Source: Candidatus Woesearchaeota archaeon
GTDB taxonomy: Archaea > Nanobdellota > Nanobdellia > SCGC-AAA011-G17 > UBA489
Length of the DNA stretch: 64,000 nucleotides
NCBI GenBank assembly: GCA_016845225.1
Contig: JAERTB010000005.1
Span: 9,644 to 73,643, forward strand
Direction of reading: 5' to 3'
Below the pieces are notes generated by a model that was given only the letters and a program-made list of their open reading frames with translations, ran no database searches and had not been told where the DNA came from. A program made the translations under genes and the position numbers. Shown here piece after piece: positions 45,615 to 55,006 of the stretch. Numbering within the stretch: position 1 is the stretch's first letter; each line of letters starts with the position of its first letter.

Positions 45615-46362
45615 TTCCTAATTTTTTTATGTGAGATTCTTGAATTTTAACTTTTGATAGATTCTTTAATGCATCAAAACATGCTTTAAGTAAATTTAAT
45701 TTTGTACCTGTGTGTCCTGAAGTTTTAGAGTAAATATCTTTTATTCCTGCCATTTCTAGGATTCTTGCACATTCCTTTTCTACAACTAATCCTGTACCCT
45801 GTGGAGCAGGCATTAATCTAACTTTTACTGAACCGCATTTTCCTTCTACTGCGAATGGAATTGATGTAGGTTTAGGTTCTGCTGATTCCCATGACCCTGA
45901 TCCTCTTCTTATTTTGATCAAATTTAATTTTGCTTGTCTTGTAGATTTTTCTCTTGCAGGAACTGTTTCTCTTGCCTTTCCAAGACCAATACCCACATAT
46001 CCATCTTCATTTCCAACAATTGCTAGTGCTGAGAAACTCGCTTTGTTTCCTTCTTTAGTCTTCTTTTGAGTTTGTCTCCAAATACTCTTCTTTCCACCAC
46101 CGAACTTTCCTTTAGATTGTCCGATGTTTAGTAAATCTGATTTTAAACCTGGAACTAATGCGTCCACGATTTCTGCTTCTAGAATAGTATAACCGTTATC
46201 TAATACTTGATCAATATCTGTAATTTTGCCTGCCTTTACTTCTTTACCTATTTTAGTAATTGGCTTCCAACCATCTGCATCAAATACTCTTTCTCTAGAA
46301 ACTCCCTTAGGCATGTTTCCTTCCGCTCTGGTTTCTTTAGATTGTGGTTTTTGTTCTGTCAT
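45592..46362 (-). CDS. rps5: 30S ribosomal protein S5 (uS5)
   Basis: dsRBD plus S5 C-terminal domain (VGNEDGYVGIGLGKA...). Synteny. Confidence 0.9.
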   Translation of the reverse strand: MTEQKPQSKETRAEGNMPKGVSRERVFDADGWKPITKIGKEVKAGKITDIDQVLDNGYTILEAEIVDALVPGLKSDLLNIGQSKGKFGGGKKSIWRQTQKKTKEGNKASFSALAIVGNEDGYVGIGLGKARETVPAREKSTRQAKLNLIKIRRGSGSWESAEPKPTSIPFAVEGKCGSVKVRLMPAPQGTGLVVEKECARILEMAGIKDIYSKTSGHTGTKLNLLKACFDALKNLSKVKIQESHIKKLGIVEGSKL

Positions 46363-46363
46363 T

Positions 46364-46870
46364 TTATTTCTTTAATTTATTGATTATTTCTTCATAATTT
46401 TGTTTCTTTGTTACATGTTCGCCTTTTAAGCGTTCTTCTACGGGGAATACTGAAGACTCAAGCTCTTTTCCGTGTGAAATGCTTACTCCTGCGTCTGTAA
46501 TTCCTTTAAGTGCTGCGAAAATTGCTCCGGTTGTATGAGGTTTTCTTGAACCTAAGTCTGGAACAACTTCTGTAATTTTTAGTTCTTTAATTTTATTACC
46601 TGCCAAAAGTCCAGTAATATATGCTGCAGGAATATTCTTTAATGAACCCTTTAATCCGTGAGATTTAGGTAATGTTTGTGAAGATGTTGAGGATAATATC
46701 TTATCTCCATCGGGAGTAAATTGTATTAATTGAATAACAATGTTCTTTAGTGATCTTCTAATTACTAATCTTGGTCTTCCTGCTTTAAGTAAACTAAGTC
46801 TTTTATTGTAATCGGTTCTTCCTTCTCTTTTCCTTTTGTAAGGAAGTCCATTCTTTGTTATGTTTTTCAT
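46364..46870 (-). CDS. rpl18: 50S ribosomal protein L18 (uL18)
   Basis: 168 aa. Synteny and RLVIRRSLKNIVIQLIQ. Confidence 0.85.
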   Translation of the reverse strand: MKNITKNGLPYKRKREGRTDYNKRLSLLKAGRPRLVIRRSLKNIVIQLIQFTPDGDKILSSTSSQTLPKSHGLKGSLKNIPAAYITGLLAGNKIKELKITEVVPDLGSRKPHTTGAIFAALKGITDAGVSISHGKELESSVFPVEERLKGEHVTKKQNYEEIINKLKK

Positions 46871-47316
46871 TTTTTACCTAAATTATGCTCCTCAATGTAA
46901 AGTCTAATGTGTCTTCTACTTCTGAAGAAACCACCCTTAGATTTTCTATAAAGTAAACGATAAACTTTTGTTTCGATTATTCCTTTTTCTTTTAAGTACT
47001 TTAGTAAGTCTCTAATTGCTCTAATTTTATTCATCCATGCAACTTTTTTAGGAAGTCTTGCATTACGTGTTCCGCTTCTTCTTCCTTGACCTGATCTTCT
47101 ACCTTTTCTTTTTTGTTTTAGTGTTTTTCTAAATCTTGATTTTGAAATTCCTTTATCTTGTTCTTTTGTGATTACTTTGTCCTTGATTAATGAACGAATA
47201 TCTGCTGAAGTGATTGCTTCTTTAATACTCTTAAGTTCTGAGGTGTTGAATCTAACTTTATTCTTTCCACATTTCAATGCTTGAGCTGCAATCCTTTTTT
47301 TACTTGTTAAGTTCAT
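46867..47316 (-). CDS. rpl19e: 50S ribosomal protein L19e
   Basis: 149 aa. KKRIAAQALKCGKNKVRF matches eL19 N-terminus. Confidence 0.85.
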   Translation of the reverse strand: MNLTSKKRIAAQALKCGKNKVRFNTSELKSIKEAITSADIRSLIKDKVITKEQDKGISKSRFRKTLKQKRKGRRSGQGRRSGTRNARLPKKVAWMNKIRAIRDLLKYLKEKGIIETKVYRLLYRKSKGGFFRSRRHIRLYIEEHNLGKK

Positions 47317-47322
47317 TTTTTA

Positions 47323-47898
47323 TTATTCCTTTTTCTCCAAGATTTTTTTCTTTTCTTCTTTTACTTTAGATTCTTGTTTTTCAGTAGAGGTTTTTTCTTT
47401 TGGTTTGTCTTTTTCTTCTTTTTTCTTTTCTTCTGCTTTCTTTTTAGCTTCTTCTTTCGCTCTCTTATCTTTTCTTTGTTGAATTCTTTGCTTATTAGAT
47501 TTTAATGAATCTTCTATAGCTTTTGTGTAGGACTCAACGTCTTTAATGTTTAAAATTTGAATATTATTTTTCTTACATTCTTTAATTATTTCCATTCTTT
47601 TTCTCTTTCCAACTGTTGCACCGATTGAAATTGGAGTTTTTACCCCTTCTAATTCTTTAACTGTGTTGATTAAAATTACTTCATGGCCTTCTCTAGTTAA
47701 TCCTCTTACTTCTTTTGGTGAGGAGAATCCCATTGAAGGATGCCTTCTATAGCTTCTTAGTTTCTTACGGAATTTAGAGTGTTGACCTTTTGGTTGTCTC
47801 CAGTGGTTCCTAAGTCTAACCATAGTGTTAGCTCCTTGTTTTAGGAAAGTTGGCTTCTTTGCCTTTGCTTTATTCCTTAAATCTAGTAATTTTTTCAT
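47323..47898 (-). CDS. rpl32e: 50S ribosomal protein L32e with K/E-rich tail
   Basis: RLRNHWRQPKGQHSKFRKKLRS matches the eL32 core. Confidence 0.85.
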   Translation of the reverse strand: MKKLLDLRNKAKAKKPTFLKQGANTMVRLRNHWRQPKGQHSKFRKKLRSYRRHPSMGFSSPKEVRGLTREGHEVILINTVKELEGVKTPISIGATVGKRKRMEIIKECKKNNIQILNIKDVESYTKAIEDSLKSNKQRIQQRKDKRAKEEAKKKAEEKKKEEKDKPKEKTSTEKQESKVKEEKKKILEKKE

Positions 47899-48449
47899 TT
47901 TTTATCGCTCGGTTTTGATGTAATGTAGCATCCGTCTTGGAAAGTACGTCTATCTCTCTTCTTGATGAAAGTTGCCTTTTCAATATTTGCCGCAGTTTGA
48001 CCTGCATTTTCAATTTCAGATGATTTTACTGTAATGTCTTCTCCTTTAATTTCTAAATCTACTCCTGGAAGGATAATTGCTCTTCTTGGAATTTTTTCTC
48101 CAAGGAAATTTGTTACTACGACTTCTGATCCTTCTTTCTTTACAGTCATAGGGAAGTGACCCGAACATATCTTTAACTCATAAGTAAATCCGTCAGTTGC
48201 GCCAATTATTTGATTATTGATATGTGCTTTAATTGTGTTTAATACTCTTGTAAATTTTCTTTTTACTGATCTTGAAGATACAATTATTGAGTTGTCTTTT
48301 TGTGCTAATTGAACTAAGGGATTGAAGTAATCTCTTGAATTTTCTCCTGCAGGGCCCTTCATAGTTAACACTGCCTCATTAAGAGTTGCAGTAATTCCTT
48401 CTGGAAGAGTTATTGTGTTACTTATTCCGGTATCTTTCTTAGTTGCCAT
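47895..48449 (-). CDS. rpl6: 50S ribosomal protein L6 (uL6)
   Basis: 184 aa, two-domain L6. Synteny. Confidence 0.9.
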   Translation of the reverse strand: MATKKDTGISNTITLPEGITATLNEAVLTMKGPAGENSRDYFNPLVQLAQKDNSIIVSSRSVKRKFTRVLNTIKAHINNQIIGATDGFTYELKICSGHFPMTVKKEGSEVVVTNFLGEKIPRRAIILPGVDLEIKGEDITVKSSEIENAGQTAANIEKATFIKKRDRRTFQDGCYITSKPSDKK

Positions 48450-48451
48450 TG

Positions 48452-48853
48452 TTAGTAAATATATGCGATTAACCTTCCTCCAACTTTTTGTTCTTTTGCT
48501 TGTTCATGAAGCATTAATCCTTTTGAAGTTGAAACTAAAATGTGACCAAATCCTTTTGCTGGAAGATATCTTTTTTCGAATTTTTCGAAATTATCTAGTT
48601 TAACAGGGAATCTTGGTTTGATTACTCCGCATTTGTTTAATGTTCCAATTAAATTAACTACGATTTTTCCGCCTTTTTTGTCATCGATTACTTCTTGATC
48701 TCCGATGTAACCATTTTCTTGCATTATTGTTAATACTTTTAATACCACTTTGGATACAGGTCCAACTGTACATTCGGTCTTTCCTGCTTTTGAAGCAAGA
48801 TACATTGTGTTCAACACGTTAGCTAATGGGTCATTTAACATTTTTTTCCTCAA
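48452..48853 (-). CDS. rps8: 30S ribosomal protein S8 (uS8)
   Basis: 133 aa. [13 protein letters not shown] matches the uS8 N-terminus. Confidence 0.9.
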   Translation of the reverse strand: MRKKMLNDPLANVLNTMYLASKAGKTECTVGPVSKVVLKVLTIMQENGYIGDQEVIDDKKGGKIVVNLIGTLNKCGVIKPRFPVKLDNFEKFEKRYLPAKGFGHILVSTSKGLMLHEQAKEQKVGGRLIAYIY

Positions 48854-49080
48854 CAGTATTTTTTGAATCCTATTTTTGTTGCAATATCTCTAAAACACTT
48901 TCTGCAAAGTTTTAGATTATATTTTTGAATATGTCCGGATTTTGAACCGCATCTTCTACACTTTTTCAAATTTTTTCCACAAGTACGTAATTTTGGGGAA
49001 TTGTGTTTCTTGTATTTTAACAACTTTGCAGGTTTTGCTTTAAGTTGTTTAAACATTTTAGTGTAGCTTTTTGTAGTCAT
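48850..49080 (-). CDS. rps14: 30S ribosomal protein S14 type Z (uS14, zinc-binding)
   Basis: 76 aa. CRRCG...CRKCFR zinc motif. Synteny between L5 and S8. Confidence 0.8.
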   Translation of the reverse strand: MTTKSYTKMFKQLKAKPAKLLKYKKHNSPKLRTCGKNLKKCRRCGSKSGHIQKYNLKLCRKCFRDIATKIGFKKYC

Positions 49081-49601
49081 ATTGTCTTAACTCCATATTT
49101 TGTTTTCATAAATGTGATTGCATTTTCTTTTGTAATTTTATGGGCCTTAGGTATGCTTTTTTTGTGTACTGCTCTTCTTTTAATTCTGAATCCTTTTCTC
49201 TTCAATGTAACTGCTAATTCTAAACCAGATATCCCTATTTCTGGATCATATTCTATTCCAGGAATGTCTAAATATTCGTGAATTCCGAATGAAAAGTTTC
49301 CATGATCGTCGAAAGATGATTCTTTTAGTTCTTTTTTCTTTGCATCTAATAATTGTTTTAGTAATTCTGCTGCCTTTTTTCCTCTAACTGTAACCCTGCA
49401 TCCAAGCTCTAATCCAGGACGAACTCCCCATGTAGGAATTCTTCTTGAAGACTTTGTAGTTACTGCTTTCATTCCTGAAAGTTTATTCAATAACTTTAGG
49501 GATTTTTCTAATTGTGCTCCAGGCCCACCTGTACCACAGTTTAAAGAAATTTTCTCTACTGAGATTTCTCTCATTACATTTTCTTTAACAGCATCTGCCA
49601 T
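49077..49601 (-). CDS. rpl5: 50S ribosomal protein L5 (uL5)
   Basis: 174 aa. Synteny and conserved core. Confidence 0.9.
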   Translation of the reverse strand: MADAVKENVMREISVEKISLNCGTGGPGAQLEKSLKLLNKLSGMKAVTTKSSRRIPTWGVRPGLELGCRVTVRGKKAAELLKQLLDAKKKELKESSFDDHGNFSFGIHEYLDIPGIEYDPEIGISGLELAVTLKRKGFRIKRRAVHKKSIPKAHKITKENAITFMKTKYGVKTI

Positions 49602-50278
49602 TATAAGTCTCCTCCGACTACATATGCATATTCTTTTGCTGTTTCAATTGATTCTTTTCCAATTTTAACTATGATCTTTTGAACTGTTGAAAGATTTACT
49701 TTATCTAAAATTTCTTCTACAATTGCATTATGTCCGATGTGCTTACCTGCGGTCAAGAATACTTTTGCACCTTTTTCAAGTTTGAAATGAGATGTAACTT
49801 TGTTTTTTTCTACAACTACAGAATCTCCAACCTTGTAACCTGCATCTTTATCTAAAATTAAGTTTTTACCTGCGAATAAATTTAATTGAAGTTTACCTTT
49901 TGGAAGTATTGTTTTACCAATAATTCTTGAAGGTCTTTGAATTGCTTTTGTTTGTTTTTTGAATTCAAATTTACCTAATTGATTGTAAATTACCAAGTAT
50001 GATTCTTTTAGTAGAGGAAATGAAATTTCATCTAAGAAACCGATTGAAAATCTGTGATCTTTTACTGCTTCACCATTAACTAATACGTCACCAGTATTCA
50101 AAATCTTTTTAGTTTCTCTTGATGTTTTTACTACTTGTAAAATATCTCTTAGTGCAACTACTAATGATACTGATTCTTCCTTCTTATGCGCTCCTGCCGA
50201 TTGGCAAACTAAATACTTTGTTGCCTTTCTTCCAAGAGGCATCCTTTTTGAAGTTGCCATTCTTTTTTGATGAGTCAT
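49601..50278 (-). CDS. rps4e: 30S ribosomal protein S4e
   Basis: 225 aa. S4-like plus KOW-containing eS4 layout. Synteny. Confidence 0.9.
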   Translation of the reverse strand: MTHQKRMATSKRMPLGRKATKYLVCQSAGAHKKEESVSLVVALRDILQVVKTSRETKKILNTGDVLVNGEAVKDHRFSIGFLDEISFPLLKESYLVIYNQLGKFEFKKQTKAIQRPSRIIGKTILPKGKLQLNLFAGKNLILDKDAGYKVGDSVVVEKNKVTSHFKLEKGAKVFLTAGKHIGHNAIVEEILDKVNLSTVQKIIVKIGKESIETAKEYAYVVGGDL

Positions 50279-50673
50279 TTTTTATTTTCCTCTGTTAATG
50301 AATTTAATTTTGATTTTCTTTTTTTATCTTCAAGATTTAACTCTTCGATTTGTATATTTGATGAGTTCATTGGATGAAATGATTTTGAACCATCTCTTTT
50401 CATTGTAAATAATGAATCTATTTTTACTTTGGACGTTTTTACATCAACAGAGTCTATTTTTCCTGTTTTTCCACTGTATTGTCCTCTCATCACTTTCACT
50501 TTGTCTCCAACCCTTAATCTGAATGATCTTATCCCATACTTTTGGATTAATGCTTTTGATAAATGTGCATTTAGGAATTTTCCACGTAGGTGAATAGGTG
50601 CATTAGCTAAATATTTTCTTTGCTTTCTTCTATTCTTACTTGATTTCCAAAGTGGTGAAAAAAATTGTTTCAT
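50275..50673 (-). CDS. rpl24: 50S ribosomal protein L24 (uL24)
   Basis: KOW motif (GDKVKVMRGQYSGKTGKI). Synteny. Confidence 0.85.
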   Translation of the reverse strand: MKQFFSPLWKSSKNRRKQRKYLANAPIHLRGKFLNAHLSKALIQKYGIRSFRLRVGDKVKVMRGQYSGKTGKIDSVDVKTSKVKIDSLFTMKRDGSKSFHPMNSSNIQIEELNLEDKKRKSKLNSLTEENKK

Positions 50674-50674
50674 T

Positions 50675-51076
50675 TTATAATATAATTCTCGCTATTTTTG
50701 ATATTCTTGGCCATCTAGCCGCAGCCTCTTTTGATACTGGCCCTTTAAAAATGGTACCTTTAGGTGTTCCTTTTTCATCTTTAAGCACTACTGCCGCATT
50801 ACTTTCAAAACATACATGAGTTCCATCTGGCCTTCTGTATGATTTTTTTTGACGAACAATAACTGCAGGAACTACTTGTTTTCTCATTGCAGGAGTTCCT
50901 TTGATAACTGATGCTAATACTAGGTCTCCAACTTGAGCTTCGGGTTTACGGCCCTTAACACCTTTTGTACCCTTTACTGAAATAATTCTAAGAACTTTTG
51001 CTCCTGAATTGTCACAAGTAGGTACTTTTGCTCTATGAGGTAAACATCTACTCATACTTGCAGATAAGGCTTTCAT
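50675..51076 (-). CDS. rpl14: 50S ribosomal protein L14 (uL14)
   Basis: 133 aa. Highly conserved uL14 sequence (DNSGAK...). Confidence 0.95.
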   Translation of the reverse strand: MKALSASMSRCLPHRAKVPTCDNSGAKVLRIISVKGTKGVKGRKPEAQVGDLVLASVIKGTPAMRKQVVPAVIVRQKKSYRRPDGTHVCFESNAAVVLKDEKGTPKGTIFKGPVSKEAAARWPRISKIARIIL

Positions 51077-51339
51077 TGTGAAATAACCTCCATAGCTACA
51101 AAGTTTTTTGTTTTAGAGATAGGTCTTGTTTCAACAATCTTTAACATATCTCCCTTTGCTAATTTGAAATCTTCTGGAACATGAACTTTAATTCTTGTTT
51201 TTCTTTTTTGGAACCTTTCATATTTTGAAACGTATACTTTTCTATCGAACTCTATTGTTGTTGTTTTGTGGAAAACATCAGAGATAACTCTACCTACAAA
51301 GGTTCTTCCATGTGTTCTGATTTTTGTGTTTTGTTTCAT
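51073..51339 (-). CDS. rps17: 30S ribosomal protein S17 (uS17)
   Basis: 88 aa OB-fold. Synteny. Confidence 0.85.
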   Translation of the reverse strand: MKQNTKIRTHGRTFVGRVISDVFHKTTTIEFDRKVYVSKYERFQKRKTRIKVHVPEDFKLAKGDMLKIVETRPISKTKNFVAMEVISQ

Positions 51340-51340
51340 T

Positions 51341-51619
51341 TTATATTTTGATTTTTTTCTTCAGGCGTTCTTCAGGTCTTCCTTGAAGAATTTCTCCTTC
51401 AATGATGAATGTTTTCCCTTGAATTTTTGTTTTTATTGTTATTTGTTTTTTTACGAGTTTCTTTGTTTCTCCGTTTTCTGTTTCCAATGTGAACAGATTT
51501 TTTGTTTCATTGACAACTTTTCCTTTCATCCCAATTTGGGAAGGGTTGTTTGCAGAGATTATCTCAACAATCTTGCCAATGAATTCCGTTCTTGGAATGT
51601 TTTTTGCCTTTGTTTGCAT
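51341..51619 (-). CDS. rnp1: RNase P protein component 1 (Rpp29/Pop4)
   Basis: 92 aa. GMKGKVVNETKNLFTLET Sm-like core. Conserved position between SUI1/L29 and S17. Confidence 0.7.
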   Translation of the reverse strand: MQTKAKNIPRTEFIGKIVEIISANNPSQIGMKGKVVNETKNLFTLETENGETKKLVKKQITIKTKIQGKTFIIEGEILQGRPEERLKKKIKI

Positions 51620-51621
51620 AT

Positions 51622-51924
51622 TTATTCTATGGATTCCTTTGCAAAGCCCATTTTTTCAAGCTCGGCCTTTGCTCTTTGCTTGTGTTCTCCTTGGAGTTCA
51701 ACGGTGGTTCCTTTGATGGTTCCTCCGCAAGCAAGCTTTGACTTAAGCTTCTTTGCAACATCTTTGATGTTTATTGACTTTGGGTCCAAACCCATTATGA
51801 CGGTGATTATTTTTCCGAACTTCCTTTTTTCAAGTTTAACCTTGATTCGTTGTTCACCTTTGGCGATATTATCCCAAACGTCTAGTTCTTTTGGAAGTCC
51901 TGTTATCGGATCTCTCTCAACCAT
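51622..51924 (-). CDS. sui1: Translation initiation factor SUI1 (aIF1)
   Basis: 100 aa. RKFGKIITVIMGLD and CGGTIKG blocks. Confidence 0.8.
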   Translation of the reverse strand: MVERDPITGLPKELDVWDNIAKGEQRIKVKLEKRKFGKIITVIMGLDPKSINIKDVAKKLKSKLACGGTIKGTTVELQGEHKQRAKAELEKMGFAKESIE

Positions 51925-52226
51925 TATGCTTTCTTCTCGACCTCCTTTGTTTTTTGCGAGCTTGATTTTTTAACAACTTTTTTTACTACCTTTTTAACAA
52001 CTTTTTTTACCTTAACTTCAGTTGCTGGTGCATTTTCTTTTTGTGTTATATAAGTATTAATCCTTGCAATTGCTTTTCTTGTTGCTTTGATAAGACCTGG
52101 ATTTTCTGGAGGTGTTCCGCTTGCCCTTTGCATATTTAATTTCATTAATTCTTTCTTTAACTCTGATCCTTTTGTTCCTAATTGTTCAAGGTTTAATTGA
52201 GCAAGTTCTTTCTTTTTGATTGACAT
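51924..52226 (-). CDS. rpl29: 50S ribosomal protein L29 (uL29) with KKVVKK tail
   Basis: N-terminal uL29 helix pair (KELAQLNLEQL...ELMKLNMQ). C-terminal VKKVVKKVVKKVVKK. Confidence 0.8.
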   Translation of the reverse strand: MSIKKKELAQLNLEQLGTKGSELKKELMKLNMQRASGTPPENPGLIKATRKAIARINTYITQKENAPATEVKVKKVVKKVVKKVVKKSSSQKTKEVEKKA

Positions 52227-52227
52227 T

Positions 52228-53055
52228 TTACTCTACCTTATCTCCTTTAGTTTCTTCTTTAGGAGCTTCTTCTTTAGGAGCTTCTTCTTTAGCAACTTTC
52301 TTTGTTGTTTTCTTTACAGTTTTCTTAGCAGCTTTCTTTGTTGTTTTTTCTTTTTTAACTTCAATTACATCTATTCCATCAACTTCTGAAACTTCTACAG
52401 TTTTTTCTGCATTTAACTCCTTAAAGTCTGTTTCTTCTAATTGTGGTTCAAGTTCTTCTTGTTTGATTGCTAGCATTTCTTTTTCTAACATAATGTCTGA
52501 AGTAAGTATGCTAACTGCAACTCCAATTGTTCCCATTTTGTTTGTGAAGTTTAGTGATTTTTTATGAACTTTAGATTGATTGATATCTCCAGATTTCTTT
52601 AAGTATCCTGCTGAGAATCTCCAAGATTTTGCTCTTGTACTTGGAATTTTACCAGACAATATAATCTCTGCACCGATTGCTCCTGCATCCATGATGTTCT
52701 GTAATAATTTGTATCCAATTGACTTGAATCTTTTTTGACCAAATCTTTCTAAGCTTGAAGCAACTCTATCAGCAACATAATCTACATCCAACATAGGTGC
52801 CGGAAGTTCTCCAATCTCTAATTGAGGATTTTCTAATTTGTATTTGTTTTTTAATAATGCTGTTAATTTTTTGATATTTTCTCCCTTCTTACCAACTACG
52901 ATTCCTGGCCTAGTAGTATAAACAATTACATTTTCACCTAGAGGAGTTCTTCTTATTTCAATATGTGAAAATCCAGTTCTAGCAAAGATTCTACCTATTT
53001 GCTCTTGAATTTGGAATTCCTTCAATTTTTGGTTTATGAATTGTCTTTCTATCAT
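52228..53055 (-). CDS. rps3: 30S ribosomal protein S3 (uS3) with lysine-rich C-terminal extension
   Basis: KH plus S3-C domains. Tail KKAAKKTVKKTTKKVAKEEAPKEE. Confidence 0.9.
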   Translation of the reverse strand: MIERQFINQKLKEFQIQEQIGRIFARTGFSHIEIRRTPLGENVIVYTTRPGIVVGKKGENIKKLTALLKNKYKLENPQLEIGELPAPMLDVDYVADRVASSLERFGQKRFKSIGYKLLQNIMDAGAIGAEIILSGKIPSTRAKSWRFSAGYLKKSGDINQSKVHKKSLNFTNKMGTIGVAVSILTSDIMLEKEMLAIKQEELEPQLEETDFKELNAEKTVEVSEVDGIDVIEVKKEKTTKKAAKKTVKKTTKKVAKEEAPKEEAPKEETKGDKVE

Positions 53056-53600
53056 TTTTTATTTTCCTCAGTTTTTGGTTTTACGACTTTTTTTACAACT
53101 TTCTTTACAACTTTCTTTGTTGCGGGTTTTGTTGTTTCTTTTTCAACTTGTTTTTGTTCTGGTTTTTTTGTTTGTTTCTTTTCTTTTACTTTTTCTTCAG
53201 CATGAATTTCAATGTGTGATCTTTTTGTTTTTCTTCTAATTTGTCTTCCTTGACGCATTGGTCTTGAAGCCATATTTGGAATTACTTGTGAAATCACTAG
53301 TGAGCTTGTTTCTAATCCTTTTTCTTGAGCATTCTTTTCAACTGAATTTAATAAAGTTAATATTTCTGTAGATGCCTTTACAGGGTATCTTCCTGCAGCC
53401 ATTTTTCCTTTCTTGTGCGCAATTTTGTGTAAATGTCTAGTGAAAGGTATTGCGGATTTCAATTTGATTACTTTCTTTAGGTAATCTTGTGCAACTGAAA
53501 GCTTCTTGCCTCTAATGAAATTACTTATTACAATTGCATGCTTGGTCGAAATAGATAAATTCCTTCCAATTACCTTTGCGCTGTGTGCATCTACTTTCAT
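53052..53600 (-). CDS. rpl22: 50S ribosomal protein L22 (uL22) with KKVVKK tail
   Basis: uL22 core (SPKKL...). Tail ATKKVVKKVVKKVVKPK. Confidence 0.85.
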   Translation of the reverse strand: MKVDAHSAKVIGRNLSISTKHAIVISNFIRGKKLSVAQDYLKKVIKLKSAIPFTRHLHKIAHKKGKMAAGRYPVKASTEILTLLNSVEKNAQEKGLETSSLVISQVIPNMASRPMRQGRQIRRKTKRSHIEIHAEEKVKEKKQTKKPEQKQVEKETTKPATKKVVKKVVKKVVKPKTEENKK

Positions 53601-53605
53601 TTTAA

Positions 53606-54010
53606 TTATTTAGCCTTTGAAGCTGATGAAGTACTGGATTTAGTAGCACCGACACCTGCTGAACCGTGAGTAACTCTCTTTCTTGACGGAGCTAACTCTC
53701 CGAAAAACAGTCCAATCATTTCCTCCACTATGTGTATTTCTGCGAAATCTTTTCCGTTGTGAATTCCAATTGTTAATCCTACCATTTCTGGTAAAACAAT
53801 CATTGTTCTACTGTGTGTTTTAATTTGTTTTTTTCTAGTTCCTTGGTTTGCAGCTCTTACTTTTTTCATAAGAGGTTCTACAGTAGTCATTAAATCCCTC
53901 ATTAATGATCTTCTCTTTCTTGAAGTTAATAAATCTGCAAAAGATTTTATATCCATCTGCTTTAATTCTTCCAATGTTTTTCCTTTGTACTTGAATATTT
54001 CATCTACCAT
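53606..54010 (-). CDS. rps19: 30S ribosomal protein S19 (uS19)
   Basis: 134 aa. GLTIGIHNGKDF conserved block. Confidence 0.9.
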   Translation of the reverse strand: MVDEIFKYKGKTLEELKQMDIKSFADLLTSRKRRSLMRDLMTTVEPLMKKVRAANQGTRKKQIKTHSRTMIVLPEMVGLTIGIHNGKDFAEIHIVEEMIGLFFGELAPSRKRVTHGSAGVGATKSSTSSASKAK

Positions 54011-54015
54011 TTTAG

Positions 54016-54741
54016 TTAGTTCCTCTTACCTGTTCTTCTTGCTCTAATCTTACCAACATTTCTACCTGGTGGTGCAAACTTAGGAGCTGTAAGCGGTTTA
54101 CCTGCATGACGTCCACGACCTGAACCGAATGGATGGTCTACAGCATTCATCGCTACACCTGAAGTTCTAGGATATAGTTTTCCTTTTGCTTTCATTGCAT
54201 GATATTTATTTCCTGCTTTTACTAGAGGTTTTTCTTTCTTTCCTCCGCCTGCAATTTTTCCAATTGTTGCACGACATTCAGGATTGAATAATTTCTTTTT
54301 TCTTGAAGGCATAATAACTAATGCACCTTTTTCTGTAATTGTACTAAGTTTAGCTGTTGCACCAGATGCTCTAACTAATGAGCCTCCATCTGCAAGTCTT
54401 GTTTCAATATTATAAATTTGAGTCCCTTCTGGAATATTTTTCAATGCTAGGGTACTACCTAATGTTGGTTCTGCTTTTGCACCAGTGTTAACTCTGTCTC
54501 CTACTTTCATACCTAATGGTGCGAAGATGTAATTATATTCTCCATTATCATATTTTACTATTGCAATAGGAGCTGTATGTCCTGCACAATGTGTTAAATC
54601 TTTAACAACTCCGCCCATTGAACCTTCTTGTTCAATCTCATCATACCTTCTGTGATTAATTGCAACATTCCATCTATGTGAATGTGCTTTGTATGTGGAA
54701 GTTCCTCTTCCTCTTCTCTGTGTAATGATTCTTTTTCCCAT
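54016..54741 (-). CDS. rpl2: 50S ribosomal protein L2 (uL2)
   Basis: Start at MGKRIITQRRGRG. Highly conserved uL2 blocks (HPFGSGRGRHAGKP in the C-terminal region). Confidence 0.95.
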   Translation of the reverse strand: MGKRIITQRRGRGTSTYKAHSHRWNVAINHRRYDEIEQEGSMGGVVKDLTHCAGHTAPIAIVKYDNGEYNYIFAPLGMKVGDRVNTGAKAEPTLGSTLALKNIPEGTQIYNIETRLADGGSLVRASGATAKLSTITEKGALVIMPSRKKKLFNPECRATIGKIAGGGKKEKPLVKAGNKYHAMKAKGKLYPRTSGVAMNAVDHPFGSGRGRHAGKPLTAPKFAPPGRNVGKIRARRTGKRN

Positions 54742-54742
54742 C

Positions 54743-55006
54743 TTATAACATTCCCATTTGTGTTGCCACGTCAATTGCAGGAGTTTCTAATGAAAGTTTT
54801 ACATAAGCTTTCTTTTTTCCTGTCGGCATGATTGTTGTATTTATTCCTTCAACTTTTACTTTGAATATGTTTTCTATTGATTCTTTAATTTCTTTTTTAG
54901 TTGAGTCTTTAGCTACAGTAAAAACTAATTTATTTTCTGATTCCATTAATCTTACTGCCTTTTCTGTTGGCTTTGGATATTTTACTATGCTGTATGGATC
55001 TCTCAT
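54743..55006 (-). CDS. rpl23: 50S ribosomal protein L23 (uL23)
   Basis: 87 aa. Synteny and uL23 core. Confidence 0.85.
   Translation of the reverse strand: MRDPYSIVKYPKPTEKAVRLMESENKLVFTVAKDSTKKEIKESIENIFKVKVEGINTTIMPTGKKKAYVKLSLETPAIDVATQMGML

Noticed and set aside
51266-51973. Long plus-strand ORFs (235 aa here; also 55169-55798 and 56393-56761) antisense to ribosomal protein genes
   Set aside because: Their low-complexity F/L/S-rich translations mirror lysine-rich genes on the opposite strand, and they overlap strongly conserved r-protein CDSs. They are spurious.
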